Part shown: positions 1 to 7,968 of the stretch, piece after piece
How the letters are laid out: each line of letters opens with the position of its first letter
Position numbering within the stretch: position 1 is the stretch's first letter
From: a virus
Taxonomy: Duplodnaviria; Caudoviricetes
Strand: one strand, 5' to 3'
IMG/VR virus record: IMGVR_UViG_3300049139_000186
Coordinates: 1 to 39,185 of that record
DNA: 39,185 nucleotides
Notes under the pieces: generated by a model
Told to the model about the DNA's origin: nothing
Seen by the model: the letters and a program-made list of their open reading frames with translations, nothing else
Database searches by the model: none
Position numbers and translations under genes: made by a program

Positions 1-288
1 AAGGAGGGGAGGGGGAACGCGCGTGAACGCGCAACAGCCCCCCGCCCCCCCGGATCCCACCCTCGATGCCAACGACACGCGCACCTGCCCGACGACGACC
101 CCGGCCCGAACTGCGTCGGCTGCCGCGACGTCCGCCAAGCCGTCGAGCGCGCCGCAGCCGAGGCCTCCGTGCAGCGCCACCCGGAGTGGTGCGGCGAGTG
201 CGAACAGGCGACGCGACAGGTCGAACTCCCTGACGGGCGTATGGCCCGCTGTCCCCGCTGCCACTACCTGCGGAGCGTGGCCGGGTGA
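1..288 (+). CDS. C-terminal part of a phage replication-initiator-like protein (5' truncated by window)
   Basis: Frame 1 is open from base 1: ...PRCQRH...PNCVGCRDVR...WCGECEQATR...RCPRCHYLRSVAG*, a Cys-rich tail typical of actinophage Rep/HTH proteins; GTGA overlap with the next gene. Confidence 0.6.
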   Translation, partial: KEGRGNARERATAPRPPGSHPRCQRHAHLPDDDPGPNCVGCRDVRQAVERAAAEASVQRHPEWCGECEQATRQVELPDGRMARCPRCHYLRSVAG

Positions 289-488
289 CGTCGTGGGCTG
301 AGGATCGGGAGTACGCCGCCCTGGAGAAGGACGACGAGCGGCAGCGAGCCGAGCAAGTGCCGTGCCCAGAGCCGGCGTGCGCCGCGGGGGTTGGGGAGAC
401 CTGCCGGGACCTCCATAGCGGGCAGCCGTTGGGGAAGCTGCCAGCGCACTGGCGGCGGATCAGAGCCGCGAACGAGTCCGCGTCGTGA
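285..488 (+). CDS. Small phage zinc-finger protein
   Basis: CPEPAC-x7-C...H-x2-R motif; coupled at both ends. Confidence 0.7.
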   Translation: MTSWAEDREYAALEKDDERQRAEQVPCPEPACAAGVGETCRDLHSGQPLGKLPAHWRRIRAANESAS

Positions 489-646
489 CTCCGCTTGAGC
501 GGTGGGATCACCACTGGCGCCGCTGGTACCTGCTGGCGGTACGGCAGGGACGGACCCCGAACGAGGCGATTCCGATCGCGTGGCGGCGCACTGAGGACCA
601 GTACGGACAACGACCAGAGATCAACACCACAGCAGGGAGCACACAC

Positions 647-1321
647 ATGAGTGCGAAATCCGAGTACCACAAGATCGATTCGATCTTCGCCCGTGACCGT
701 GCTGGCCGGATCATCGAGGGCACCTACGCGCGCCCCGAGTTCGAGTACCTCGCCGACCGCGAGTGGGTGTTCACCGAGAAGGTCGACGGCACCAACATTC
801 GACTCTCCTTCGACGGCAGCCCCGAGTTCCGGGGCAACGAGCACGCCTACATCGCTGGCCGCACCGACAACGCCCAGATGCCCCCGTTCCTTCTCCAGCG
901 GCTCGTCGAGATCATGCGTGCCGCGCCGTTCGAGGATGTGTTCAAGCCGGACGATGAGGTCGTGCTGTACGGCGAGGGCTACGGCGCGGGGATCCAGAAG
1001 GGCGGCGGCAACTACCTAGCCGACAGTTGCGACTTCGTGCTGTTCGACGTCCGGGTCGGCACCTGGTGGCTACGCCGGGACGCGGTCGAGGATGTCGCCG
1101 CGAACCTCGGCCTCGCCGTCGTCCCGATCCTAGGGAAGGGCACGCTCGCCGACGCGGTCGAACTGACCCGCGAGGGGTTCGCGTCTGACCGGTGGCCAGG
1201 AGTCGCGGTCGCGGAGGGTCTCGTGCTGCGGCCCGCCGTAGAGCTGTTCGACCGTCGCGGCGAGCGGGTCATCACGAAGATCAAGCACAAGGACTTCGTT
1301 CGCTCTGGTCGGGCGTCGTGA
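647..1321 (+). CDS. ATP-dependent RNA ligase (Rnl2-like nucleotidyltransferase domain); ORF is open upstream to 485
   Basis: Motif I TEKVDGTN, III YGEGYG, IIIa FVLFDV, IV EGLVLRP, V KIK; RBS AGGGAG before ATG 647. Confidence 0.9.
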   Translation: MSAKSEYHKIDSIFARDRAGRIIEGTYARPEFEYLADREWVFTEKVDGTNIRLSFDGSPEFRGNEHAYIAGRTDNAQMPPFLLQRLVEIMRAAPFEDVFKPDDEVVLYGEGYGAGIQKGGGNYLADSCDFVLFDVRVGTWWLRRDAVEDVAANLGLAVVPILGKGTLADAVELTREGFASDRWPGVAVAEGLVLRPAVELFDRRGERVITKIKHKDFVRSGRAS

Positions 1322-1482
1322 CGGGTGAGGAGTGGGACACCCGCGAATGGGTGATCAAAAACGATCTGATCCAGCAGGGCTACCCCGAGGACGAGGCGAG
1401 GGAGATCGCCGAGTTCGAGGCCACCGAGCAGTTCGATGAGAGACCAGAGGAGAGCAATGATGGTGATCGTCGTTCGGCTTGA
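1318..1482 (+). CDS. Hypothetical acidic phage protein
   Basis: GTGA-coupled start, high-GC codon usage. Confidence 0.6.
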   Translation: MTGEEWDTREWVIKNDLIQQGYPEDEAREIAEFEATEQFDERPEESNDGDRRSA

Positions 1483-1648
1483 AGGAGCCGAGGAGCGCGA
1501 GGATAGGTACGAGGGCGCGAACACCTGCAGGGTGGACAGTCGAGGCACACTGACCGTGCTGCGGGGCACTGCCGACGTGGTGGCCGCCTACCCGGACGGT
1601 CAGTGGCTGCGCGCGAGCAACAAAGAGCGCGGGGGGCGGTCGTCGTGA
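1457..1648 (+). CDS. Hypothetical phage protein
   Basis: RBS GAGGAG before ATG; coupled to the next gene. Confidence 0.65.
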   Translation: MMVIVVRLEGAEEREDRYEGANTCRVDSRGTLTVLRGTADVVAAYPDGQWLRASNKERGGRSS

Positions 1649-1980
1649 GCGCGCCCGGTTCGCCGCCCCCTGACGCCACCAGGGCCCGTCAGGTGATCAC
1701 GTGCGGTGGCTGCGACCAGACCTGGACCGCCCGGAACGCGGCGCACTGCGCCGGATGTCATGAGCTGTTCGCGTCGGTGCCGCTGTTCGACGCCCACCGG
1801 TCGCAGGACGGGGAGCACGGCACATGCCTGGACCCAGCATCGGTGGTCACTGGGGACGGTGGACGGCGGCTGTGGTTCCGGGATGGGATGTGGCGCGGCC
1901 CGGAGCTGACTGACGAGCAGCGGGCCGTGCTCCGGGATCGGGTGTGGGGCGGTGAGGCAGGTGACGCCGTTCCCGCCTGA
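1645..1980 (+). CDS. FDXHR-family zinc-binding phage protein
   Basis: CGGC...HCAGCHELF...FDAHR...C motif. Confidence 0.8.
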   Translation: MSAPGSPPPDATRARQVITCGGCDQTWTARNAAHCAGCHELFASVPLFDAHRSQDGEHGTCLDPASVVTGDGGRRLWFRDGMWRGPELTDEQRAVLRDRVWGGEAGDAVPA

Positions 1981-1987
1981 GGGTGCT

Positions 1988-2323
1988 GTGTCAGGAGCGA
2001 CGAACTCGTCTGATCCGGACTCGGGTGCCAGCCGATGTGGTAACGAAGGTTCCGGCGATCTGAGGGCCTCGATCGTGGAGACGTTGGGGACAGCGTTCGG
2101 ACCGATCAACGAGTACCCGCGACTGGACCCGGCGAACGCCTCGGCGGTGACGCTCCAGACCGACGAGGCGCGGGGGTTGACCGTCGCCCGACCGTTGACG
2201 TTCGGCGAGATCGCGGACGCGCTGGTGGCTGCTGGGTGGGTGAAAGCCCCAGACCCGGCCGCCGAGCGTGAAGCGGTTGCGGACGAGCTGGACGCCCACG
2301 CCCGGGCAGGTGAGCAGTGGTGA
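1988..2323 (+). CDS. Hypothetical phage protein
   Basis: ORF in operon; start uncertain (1952 or 1988). Confidence 0.55.
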   Translation: MSGATNSSDPDSGASRCGNEGSGDLRASIVETLGTAFGPINEYPRLDPANASAVTLQTDEARGLTVARPLTFGEIADALVAAGWVKAPDPAAEREAVADELDAHARAGEQW

Positions 2324-2475
2324 AACTTCTGCATCTCGGCCCGTGGCGCCTGCCTCGGGTCGACCGCATGCACCTGTCCCGACCTGACCCGACGCGGGAC
2401 GTAGGTCCGTGTGATTGCCCGATCGGTGTGGATCATGACGGCCCAGCTGTTCTCCGTGGGGGAGAGCAGCCATGA
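2320..2475 (+). CDS. Small hypothetical protein (51 aa, not in ORF track)
   Basis: GTGA and ATGA overlaps with both neighbours; VKLLHLGPW...CDCPIGVDHD...GGEQP*. Confidence 0.45.
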   Translation: MKLLHLGPWRLPRVDRMHLSRPDPTRDVGPCDCPIGVDHDGPAVLRGGEQP

Positions 2476-2828
2476 CCGGAGTGATCTACGTCGCTGGCCC
2501 TATGGCGGGCTACCCGGACTTGAACCGGGAAGCGTTCCGGGTCGCATCTCTGCGCCTGGCTCAGGCGGGTCGGCTGGTCCTGAACCCGCACGACGTCGAC
2601 CCCCACCCGCACCCGGGGCGGGACTGTCCCCGGTCCTACGCGGTCAGCGATGACGGACACGCGGCGGCGTGCTATCTGCGGTCCGCGCTGCGGTCGATGT
2701 TGGGGTGCGACGAGATACACCTGCTGCCCGGCTGGGAAGCCAGCGTTGGCGCGCGTTTGGAGCTGTCCGTGGCAGCTGCTGTGGGCATGCGTGTGTCGTT
2801 CGCCGAGTCGGTTGGGGGTGGGGGTTGA
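2472..2828 (+). CDS. DUF4406 / nucleoside 2-deoxyribosyltransferase-like protein
   Basis: IYVAGPMAGYPDLN...LNP...CDEIHLLPGWEASVGARLE signature. Confidence 0.85.
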   Translation: MTGVIYVAGPMAGYPDLNREAFRVASLRLAQAGRLVLNPHDVDPHPHPGRDCPRSYAVSDDGHAAACYLRSALRSMLGCDEIHLLPGWEASVGARLELSVAAAVGMRVSFAESVGGGG

Positions 2829-2830
2829 TG

Positions 2831-3004
2831 TCACCCACCAGACGAGCGGCGCTGTTCCTCGGTCTCGGCGACAGGGACGGGCACAACGGCGGCGATGCGT
2901 CGGCCGCGCGAGGTGACGTAGGTGATCTGGCCTCGGACGGCGGCGTCGTTGAGCACGTCGGCGAGGGTGGCTCGCAGCTCTCGGACGCTCTTCTCGTCGG
3001 GCAT
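2831..3004 (-). CDS. Phd/YefM-family antitoxin-like protein (57 aa, not in ORF track)
   Basis: MPDEKSVRELRATLADVLNDAAVRGQITYVTSRGRRIAAVVPV, the Phd/YefM N-terminal DNA-binding signature. Confidence 0.85.
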   Translation of the reverse strand: MPDEKSVRELRATLADVLNDAAVRGQITYVTSRGRRIAAVVPVPVAETEEQRRSSGG

Positions 3005-3011
3005 GGCCACG

Positions 3012-3050
3012 ATGGTACCTCAGCTACCACTCGTGTACACTGGTGAACAC
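3012..3050 (-). promoter_or_regulatory. Probable leaderless promoter of the phd-like gene with two Phd-type operator boxes
   Basis: -10-like TACCAT (minus strand, 3012-3017) 7 nt before ATG; palindrome GTGTACAC 3033-3040 and near-palindrome GTGAACAC 3043-3050. Confidence 0.65.
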
Positions 3051-3074
3051 GGCTAGCCGGAAAGAGGCAAGGGC

Positions 3075-4025
3075 ATGGGACGCGAAGTGAAGCGGGTGCC
3101 GGTCGACTTCGACTGGCTGCTCAACGAGGTATGGCAGGGCTATCTCATGCCCGATCGGCTGCACGAAGACAAGTGCCCGGACTGCAAGAGCGGCTACTCG
3201 CCGCAGGCAGAGCACCTGTTCGACCTCTGGTACGGGTACGCGCCGTTCGATCCCGCCTCAAACGGCTCAACGCCGCTCACGGCGGACACGCCAGCAGTGC
3301 GCGCGTTCGCGGAGCGGAACGTCACCAACTCGCCCGCCTTCTACGGCAGCGGCGTGTTCGCGATCAGCCGCGAGGCTCAGCGGCTCGCCGACCTGTGGAA
3401 CGGGCAGTGGAGCCACCACCTCGCCGAGGACGACGTTGCGGCCCTACTCGAAGCCGATCGGCTGTGGGACCTGACCCGCCAGATCGGCCCGAACGGCTGG
3501 GAGGACATCGACCCCAAGCCCGTCCCAACCCCGCAGCAGGTCAACGAGTGGTCCATCCTGGGGTTCGGCCATGACTCGATCAACGCCAGCGTTGTGGTCC
3601 GGGCCCGCTGTGTCCGAGAGGGGCAGCCGGAGGTGTGCTCCACTTGCCAGGGTCACGGCAGCGCGGAGGTGTACGAAGGCCAGCGCGCCGAGGCTGAGGC
3701 GTGGGAGCCGACCGAGCCACCGACCGGCGAGGGCTGGCAACTGTGGGAGACCGTGTCGGAGGGTTCGCCGATCTCACCCGTGTTCCCGGACGCCGAGGGC
3801 TTGGCGCAGTGGCTGACCACTAAGGACGCCTGCTGGGGCGCGATGAAGGAGCCAATGACGGTCAGCGCGGCGCGTGCGTTCGTCGGTGAGGGATGGGCAC
3901 CCACGTTGATCGGGAACGCTGGTGGCATCCACGAGGGCGCGGACTATGTCGGCACGGAGAAGGTGCTCAAGGACATCGAGAACGGCGGCTCTGGGTCTGG
4001 TTCTGGGGTGGTGACCGAACGGTGA
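3075..4025 (+). CDS. Conserved hypothetical phage protein with Cys pairs
   Basis: MGREVKRVP...CPDC...CSTC...EPPTGEGWQLWETVSEGSPISPVF; RBS AAGAGG. Confidence 0.8.
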   Translation: MGREVKRVPVDFDWLLNEVWQGYLMPDRLHEDKCPDCKSGYSPQAEHLFDLWYGYAPFDPASNGSTPLTADTPAVRAFAERNVTNSPAFYGSGVFAISREAQRLADLWNGQWSHHLAEDDVAALLEADRLWDLTRQIGPNGWEDIDPKPVPTPQQVNEWSILGFGHDSINASVVVRARCVREGQPEVCSTCQGHGSAEVYEGQRAEAEAWEPTEPPTGEGWQLWETVSEGSPISPVFPDAEGLAQWLTTKDACWGAMKEPMTVSAARAFVGEGWAPTLIGNAGGIHEGADYVGTEKVLKDIENGGSGSGSGVVTER

Positions 4026-5374
4026 TCCGCGCGTACCAGTTCGCTCTTGACCCGACCGTCCGCCAGATCGAGGCGATGCGGAGTCACTGTGGGGCGACCC
4101 GCATGGCCTTCAACTGGTGCCTGGCCAAGGTCAAGGCCAACTGGGCGCAGCGAGCGGCGGAGCAGAGCTACGGCCTGAGCGGCGAGCAGCTCACTCCCTG
4201 GATCGACACGTCTGCATACGCCCTGCGTCGGGCATGGAACGCCGCCAAGGGCGACGTCGCGCCGTGGTGGAAGGAGAACAGCAAGGAGGCATACGCCTCC
4301 GGATGCGCGAACCTCTCCGCTGCTCTGCGCAACCTCAGCGCCGGCCGGACTCGCATGCCGCGCTACAAGACCAAGCATCGATCGCGAATGTCGTGCCGAT
4401 TCACTACCGGGATCTTCGGGCTGACCCGCGACCGGCGGCACGTGCGTCTCCCAGTCATCGGCGTGATCAGGACCCATGAATCGACGCGCAAACTCGCTCG
4501 CCGCGTCGAGTCCGGTGTTGCTCAGATCAAGTCGGCGACGCTCAGCTTCCGGCGGGGGCGCTGGCAGGTTGCGTTCGCCGTCGAACTGGGCGAACCCGCT
4601 ACGCAGCGACAGGGCGACACGGGCGTTGTTGGGGTCGACCTGGGAATCAAGGAGTTGGCCACGCTGTCAACTGGCGAGCGTGTTCCTAACCCCAGGCGTC
4701 TCGATGCCGCGCTTCGTCGGCTGCGTCGCGCTCAACGGGTGTGCTCTCGGCGGCGCGGGCCGCTGCACAAGGTCGGCCTGGAGTCGTCGAGCCGGTGGCG
4801 TAGGGCGCGAGCGCGGGTTGACCGCATCCACGCCCGAGTTGTCAATCTTCGACGTAACGACACCCACCAGTTCACCACCCGCCTTGTCCGGGACTTCGAC
4901 ACGATCGTGATCGAGGATCTACATGTGGCCGGGATGCTGCGAAACCGCAGACTGTCCCGTCGAATCGCCGATGCGAACTGGGCGGAGATCCGCCGCCAGG
5001 TGACCTACAAGGCGGACGCCGCGGGTGTCCGGTTGATCGTCGCGGACCGTTGGTTCGCGTCCAGCAAGACGTGCTCGGGATGCGGGACAGCGAAAGCCAA
5101 GCTGCCACTCTCGGTGCGGACCTACGCATGCATGGCGTGCGGCCTCGTCCTTGATCGGGACGAGAACGCCGCGCTGAACCTGGCCGCCCTGGCCAGCACC
5201 GGCGAGTTGCGCCGGGAGCAGCCCGACAGAACCGATGTCAGACCGGTGACGCTTGCGTCGTCCGGCAGTCGGACCGCTGCGGGAAGAGCTACGTGCTCAA
5301 CGTCAACGCCGCAAGGGGTTGGCTCGGTAGGCGGGTCAGTGCGACCTGCGGACCGAACGGTGGTGACCCAATGA
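4022..5374 (+). CDS. tnpB: IS607-family RNA-guided endonuclease TnpB (no tnpA)
   Basis: RAYQFALDPT N-terminus, VAPWWKENSKEAY motif, RuvC-I VGVDLG, RuvC-II IVIEDL, Zn ribbon CSGC/CMAC, RuvC-III DRDENAALNL; GTG start overlaps the upstream stop. Confidence 0.95.
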   Translation: MIRAYQFALDPTVRQIEAMRSHCGATRMAFNWCLAKVKANWAQRAAEQSYGLSGEQLTPWIDTSAYALRRAWNAAKGDVAPWWKENSKEAYASGCANLSAALRNLSAGRTRMPRYKTKHRSRMSCRFTTGIFGLTRDRRHVRLPVIGVIRTHESTRKLARRVESGVAQIKSATLSFRRGRWQVAFAVELGEPATQRQGDTGVVGVDLGIKELATLSTGERVPNPRRLDAALRRLRRAQRVCSRRRGPLHKVGLESSSRWRRARARVDRIHARVVNLRRNDTHQFTTRLVRDFDTIVIEDLHVAGMLRNRRLSRRIADANWAEIRRQVTYKADAAGVRLIVADRWFASSKTCSGCGTAKAKLPLSVRTYACMACGLVLDRDENAALNLAALASTGELRREQPDRTDVRPVTLASSGSRTAAGRATCSTSTPQGVGSVGGSVRPADRTVVTQ

Positions 5375-5380
5375 CGATCC
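5190..5380 (+). ncRNA. Predicted TnpB omegaRNA (scaffold to ~5360, guide ~5361-5380)
   Basis: Overlaps the tnpB 3' end; stem-loops at 5199-5215, 5304-5321 (GCAA loop) and 5324-5356, ending in AACGG as IS607-type right ends do; 5' boundary is a guess. Confidence 0.7.
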
Positions 5381-5685
5381 AGGAAGGGGTGGGTGATGTG
5401 TTCCCTATCCCAGAAGAAGCGATCGAAGCAGCCGTGGACGTGTCGTGGGGCGGTCAGCAGTTGCGCCGTGATCACGCGCGATACGTGCTTCAGGCTGCGG
5501 CTCCGCTCATCGTGGCAGCCGAACTCGACCGGCTCGCCGAGTGCCTGCCGATCAGTCTCGGCGTGATGGACGACGACGACCAGGCGGACCCGGAGTCGAT
5601 GCCGACCTACGACGAGGGCGTCGACGACATGCAGCGGTTGCTGAGGGGGCGGGCTTCTGTGTTGCGTGGGGAAGGGGTGACATGA
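5371..5685 (+). CDS. Hypothetical phage protein
   Basis: ATGA-coupled to tnpB; IPEEAIEAA...LQAAAPLIVAAEL motif seen in actinophage early genes. Confidence 0.7.
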   Translation: MTIQEGVGDVFPIPEEAIEAAVDVSWGGQQLRRDHARYVLQAAAPLIVAAELDRLAECLPISLGVMDDDDQADPESMPTYDEGVDDMQRLLRGRASVLRGEGVT

Positions 5686-5900
5686 CGGTCCGGCGATTTT
5701 CGACGCTGTTCTGCGACGCAGACGATGGCGGCTGCGGCGAGTGGGCCGACGTCGACGATGGCGTGGGCACGCACGACGACGCTCGCAGCCTGCGGAGGGC
5801 CGCGAAGCGACGCGGATGGACGAGAGCCAAGGTCGGCGACCGGTGGCAGGACTTCTGCCCGGCGCACCGGTTGCGTGGGGAAGGGCTAACCAATGGCTGA
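5682..5900 (+). CDS. Small Cys/His zinc-binding phage protein
   Basis: CDADDGGC...GW...DFCPAH; coupled start. Confidence 0.7.
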   Translation: MTVRRFSTLFCDADDGGCGEWADVDDGVGTHDDARSLRRAAKRRGWTRAKVGDRWQDFCPAHRLRGEGLTNG

Positions 5901-6204
5901 CAAGAGCGACTTCCCGATCGTCGAAGGCGCCTGCCGTCACAGGCTCCGCTCTCACGGACCGTACGGGCCGACGTGGCCGTGCAACGAGCCACGCTGGCAC
6001 CTGGGTCGTCACCGGTTCCGGAACTACACGTGGCCGCGGATCCCGCACGTCTGGCGGGTCAAGGCTCTGTCGGAGACGTGGCGGGCGAATCGGCGGCTGC
6101 GCGGCATGGGCGCGACAGGGGGCGACGGGTTGATGCGGTTGCAGGCGGTGCTGTATCCGAAGCGGTTCGATCCGTTGCCGGGTGGGGAGGGACTGTCCCA
6201 GTGA
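5893..6204 (+). CDS. Hypothetical phage protein
   Basis: ORF in operon, overlaps both neighbours. Confidence 0.65.
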   Translation: MADKSDFPIVEGACRHRLRSHGPYGPTWPCNEPRWHLGRHRFRNYTWPRIPHVWRVKALSETWRANRRLRGMGATGGDGLMRLQAVLYPKRFDPLPGGEGLSQ

Positions 6205-6428
6205 GTGACCTCGCAGAGCGTGTGATGGCCAAGATCCTCGACCCGGACGAGACAGTCCACGGCGAGCAGTTGGCGGACGCCGTGCTGGAGACGCTGCGGC
6301 TGCATCGCGCGGATCGCGGACTCGAAGCCGACCCGGACAACCGGTGCTTCGAGTGCGCCGAGATGTCGCCGTGCCCCACCCTTCGGGCTGTTGCTGGTGC
6401 TTTGGGTGTGTTGGAAGAGGGGGGCTGA
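6201..6428 (+). CDS. Hypothetical phage protein with H...CxxC...PCPT motif
   Basis: GTGA-coupled; RCFECAEMSPCPTLRAVA. Confidence 0.7.
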   Translation: MSDLAERVMAKILDPDETVHGEQLADAVLETLRLHRADRGLEADPDNRCFECAEMSPCPTLRAVAGALGVLEEGG

Positions 6429-6431
6429 GAC

Positions 6432-6647
6432 GTGAAGACCGAGGTGAAGGTGCAGCGCGGCACGCGGGAGACCGTGTACACGGTGGATCTGCCGGTCATC
6501 CCCGAGGGGCACACGATCATGACGCCCGTCGCCGAGAACTGCCGGGTCGTCTGCAGCTACGTGGACATCTCCCCGGCCAGTGGCCCTGTTCAGGTGGTTG
6601 TTGTCGCTGGCGGGTCGGGTGTGTTGGAAGACCCCGAGAAAGGCTGA
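6432..6647 (+). CDS. Hypothetical phage protein
   Basis: ORF with upstream GAGGGG, in operon. Confidence 0.6.
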   Translation: MKTEVKVQRGTRETVYTVDLPVIPEGHTIMTPVAENCRVVCSYVDISPASGPVQVVVVAGGSGVLEDPEKG

Positions 6648-6650
6648 CCG

Positions 6651-6884
6651 ATGATCGACAAGGCAACGGTGCTGGCGATGATCGACCAGCAAGCGGCTGA
6701 GTTCCGCAACGACAAGTTCACCACCGAGGAGATCGCGACTCTCGCGGTGTGCGCGGGTCTGGAGTGGGCGGCGCTCGTTCTTCAGCAGAGCATGACGATG
6801 GATGTTGCGCAGCGTCAGCGGGTTGCCGAGCAGATGCTGGCGCTCAAGGTGGACTTGATCGGGAGAGACGATGACTCCGAGTGA
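6651..6884 (+). CDS. Hypothetical phage protein
   Basis: RBS GAAAGG; helical sequence. Confidence 0.6.
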   Translation: MIDKATVLAMIDQQAAEFRNDKFTTEEIATLAVCAGLEWAALVLQQSMTMDVAQRQRVAEQMLALKVDLIGRDDDSE

Positions 6885-7278
6885 GCTGTTGGTGGCGGCT
6901 GCTGACCGCATCCGAGACCTCGCAGCCAAGGCGTCTCCTGGCGTGTGGGCAGCGAAGAATCTGACCGAACATGGCCACCCGGGGGCGTGGTGGGTTGAGG
7001 TGAGGCACGAGGACGACGAGACCACCTCATGGTCGACGGTCGCCGACCTGTCCAACATCAACTCTGGGGCGGATGCTCGGTGGATCGCTGCTCTGTCCCC
7101 GGCAGTAGCCCCCGCGCTCATCGGATGGCTCCAGGAGTCGAGCGGCAAATGGGCGATCGCCGAGCAGCGGGCGCCGCTGGCGGGAACCGATTGCAGTCAG
7201 TTGGTACGCGATGACGATCGTGCAGCACTGGACTTCGCTCGGTTGCTGTGTCCGGATCTGGTCGAGGAGCAGCAATGA
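6871..7278 (+). CDS. Hypothetical phage protein (Ead/Ea22-like motif)
   Basis: LAAKASPGVW...ADARWIAALSPAVAPALIGWL motif. Confidence 0.65.
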   Translation: MTPSELLVAAADRIRDLAAKASPGVWAAKNLTEHGHPGAWWVEVRHEDDETTSWSTVADLSNINSGADARWIAALSPAVAPALIGWLQESSGKWAIAEQRAPLAGTDCSQLVRDDDRAALDFARLLCPDLVEEQQ

Positions 7279-7493
7279 TCGCGCACCTGCTGGGCGTCGG
7301 CGACCAGCCGATCGAGACGCTGGACCTCTCCCCGCAACATGGCGAGGACTACTGCGAGGGCTGCCTGGCGTGTTTCGCGGAGGACAGCACCAGCGCCGCA
7401 TCCGACGGCAAGCCGCATTCGTGGGTGGTGTACCCGGACCAGGTGGCTGTGTTCAAGGCCCGGTTCGGTCTGGCGGGGGAGGACACCCCATGA
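7275..7493 (+). CDS. Hypothetical phage protein
   Basis: RBS GAGGAG, ATGA coupling. Confidence 0.6.
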   Translation: MIAHLLGVGDQPIETLDLSPQHGEDYCEGCLACFAEDSTSAASDGKPHSWVVYPDQVAVFKARFGLAGEDTP

Positions 7494-7615
7494 CCCCGAT
7501 CAAACGCGGCACAGCACGTCGGCTCGGTCTTCGCCGGCCTGACCGGCTCGTGCTGGTGCGCGTCGCGCGGTCCATCCCGATCCCGCGCTGGATGGTTGAG
7601 GGCGGCACCCCATGA
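7490..7615 (+). CDS. Small basic hypothetical protein
   Basis: RBS GGAGGA; ATGA coupling at both ends. Confidence 0.5.
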   Translation: MTPIKRGTARRLGLRRPDRLVLVRVARSIPIPRWMVEGGTP

Positions 7616-7968
7616 CCGATCTCCAGCAGGAACGCACTGAGCTGAGGAGGTCGACACCGATGGGTGATGTGGTCGACGAACCGTTCTTCCCGCTCCCGGA
7701 GAGCGTGCTCCGCGAGGCAGGCGCGACAGCAGCGCTGGGTGCGTGCGGGGTCGGCTTCAAGGGCCTGATCGCGGCGGCGGTCGAGTCCGAGAAAGCCACG
7801 CTGCACCTGCGCGCGGTGACTCGCCCGGAGGACTGGGACGTCGTGGTGGCGGAGGTTGAGCGCCGTTCCGGGGTTGAGTGGGAACGCCGCCCTGTGGATG
7901 TCATGAGGTCGGTGTACGAGGACATCATCTGGGGACGATGGCGGCCGGCATCCGAGGAGTCGCCATGA
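7612..7968 (+). CDS. Hypothetical phage protein
   Basis: Coupled ORF. Confidence 0.6.
   Translation: MTDLQQERTELRRSTPMGDVVDEPFFPLPESVLREAGATAALGACGVGFKGLIAAAVESEKATLHLRAVTRPEDWDVVVAEVERRSGVEWERRPVDVMRSVYEDIIWGRWRPASEESP

Noticed and set aside
2321-2404. Possible TGA readthrough into a Cys-rich tail (NFCISARGAC...)
   Set aside because: A coupled ORF in another frame (2320-2475) explains the region more simply.
3893-4021. N-terminal extension of the TnpB ORF in the track
   Set aside because: Overlaps the upstream gene; TnpB homology begins at the coupled GTG 4022.
4022-5374. Cas12 or nuclease-dead TldR assignment
   Set aside because: No CRISPR array nearby; all three RuvC acidic residues are present; motifs match IS607 TnpB.
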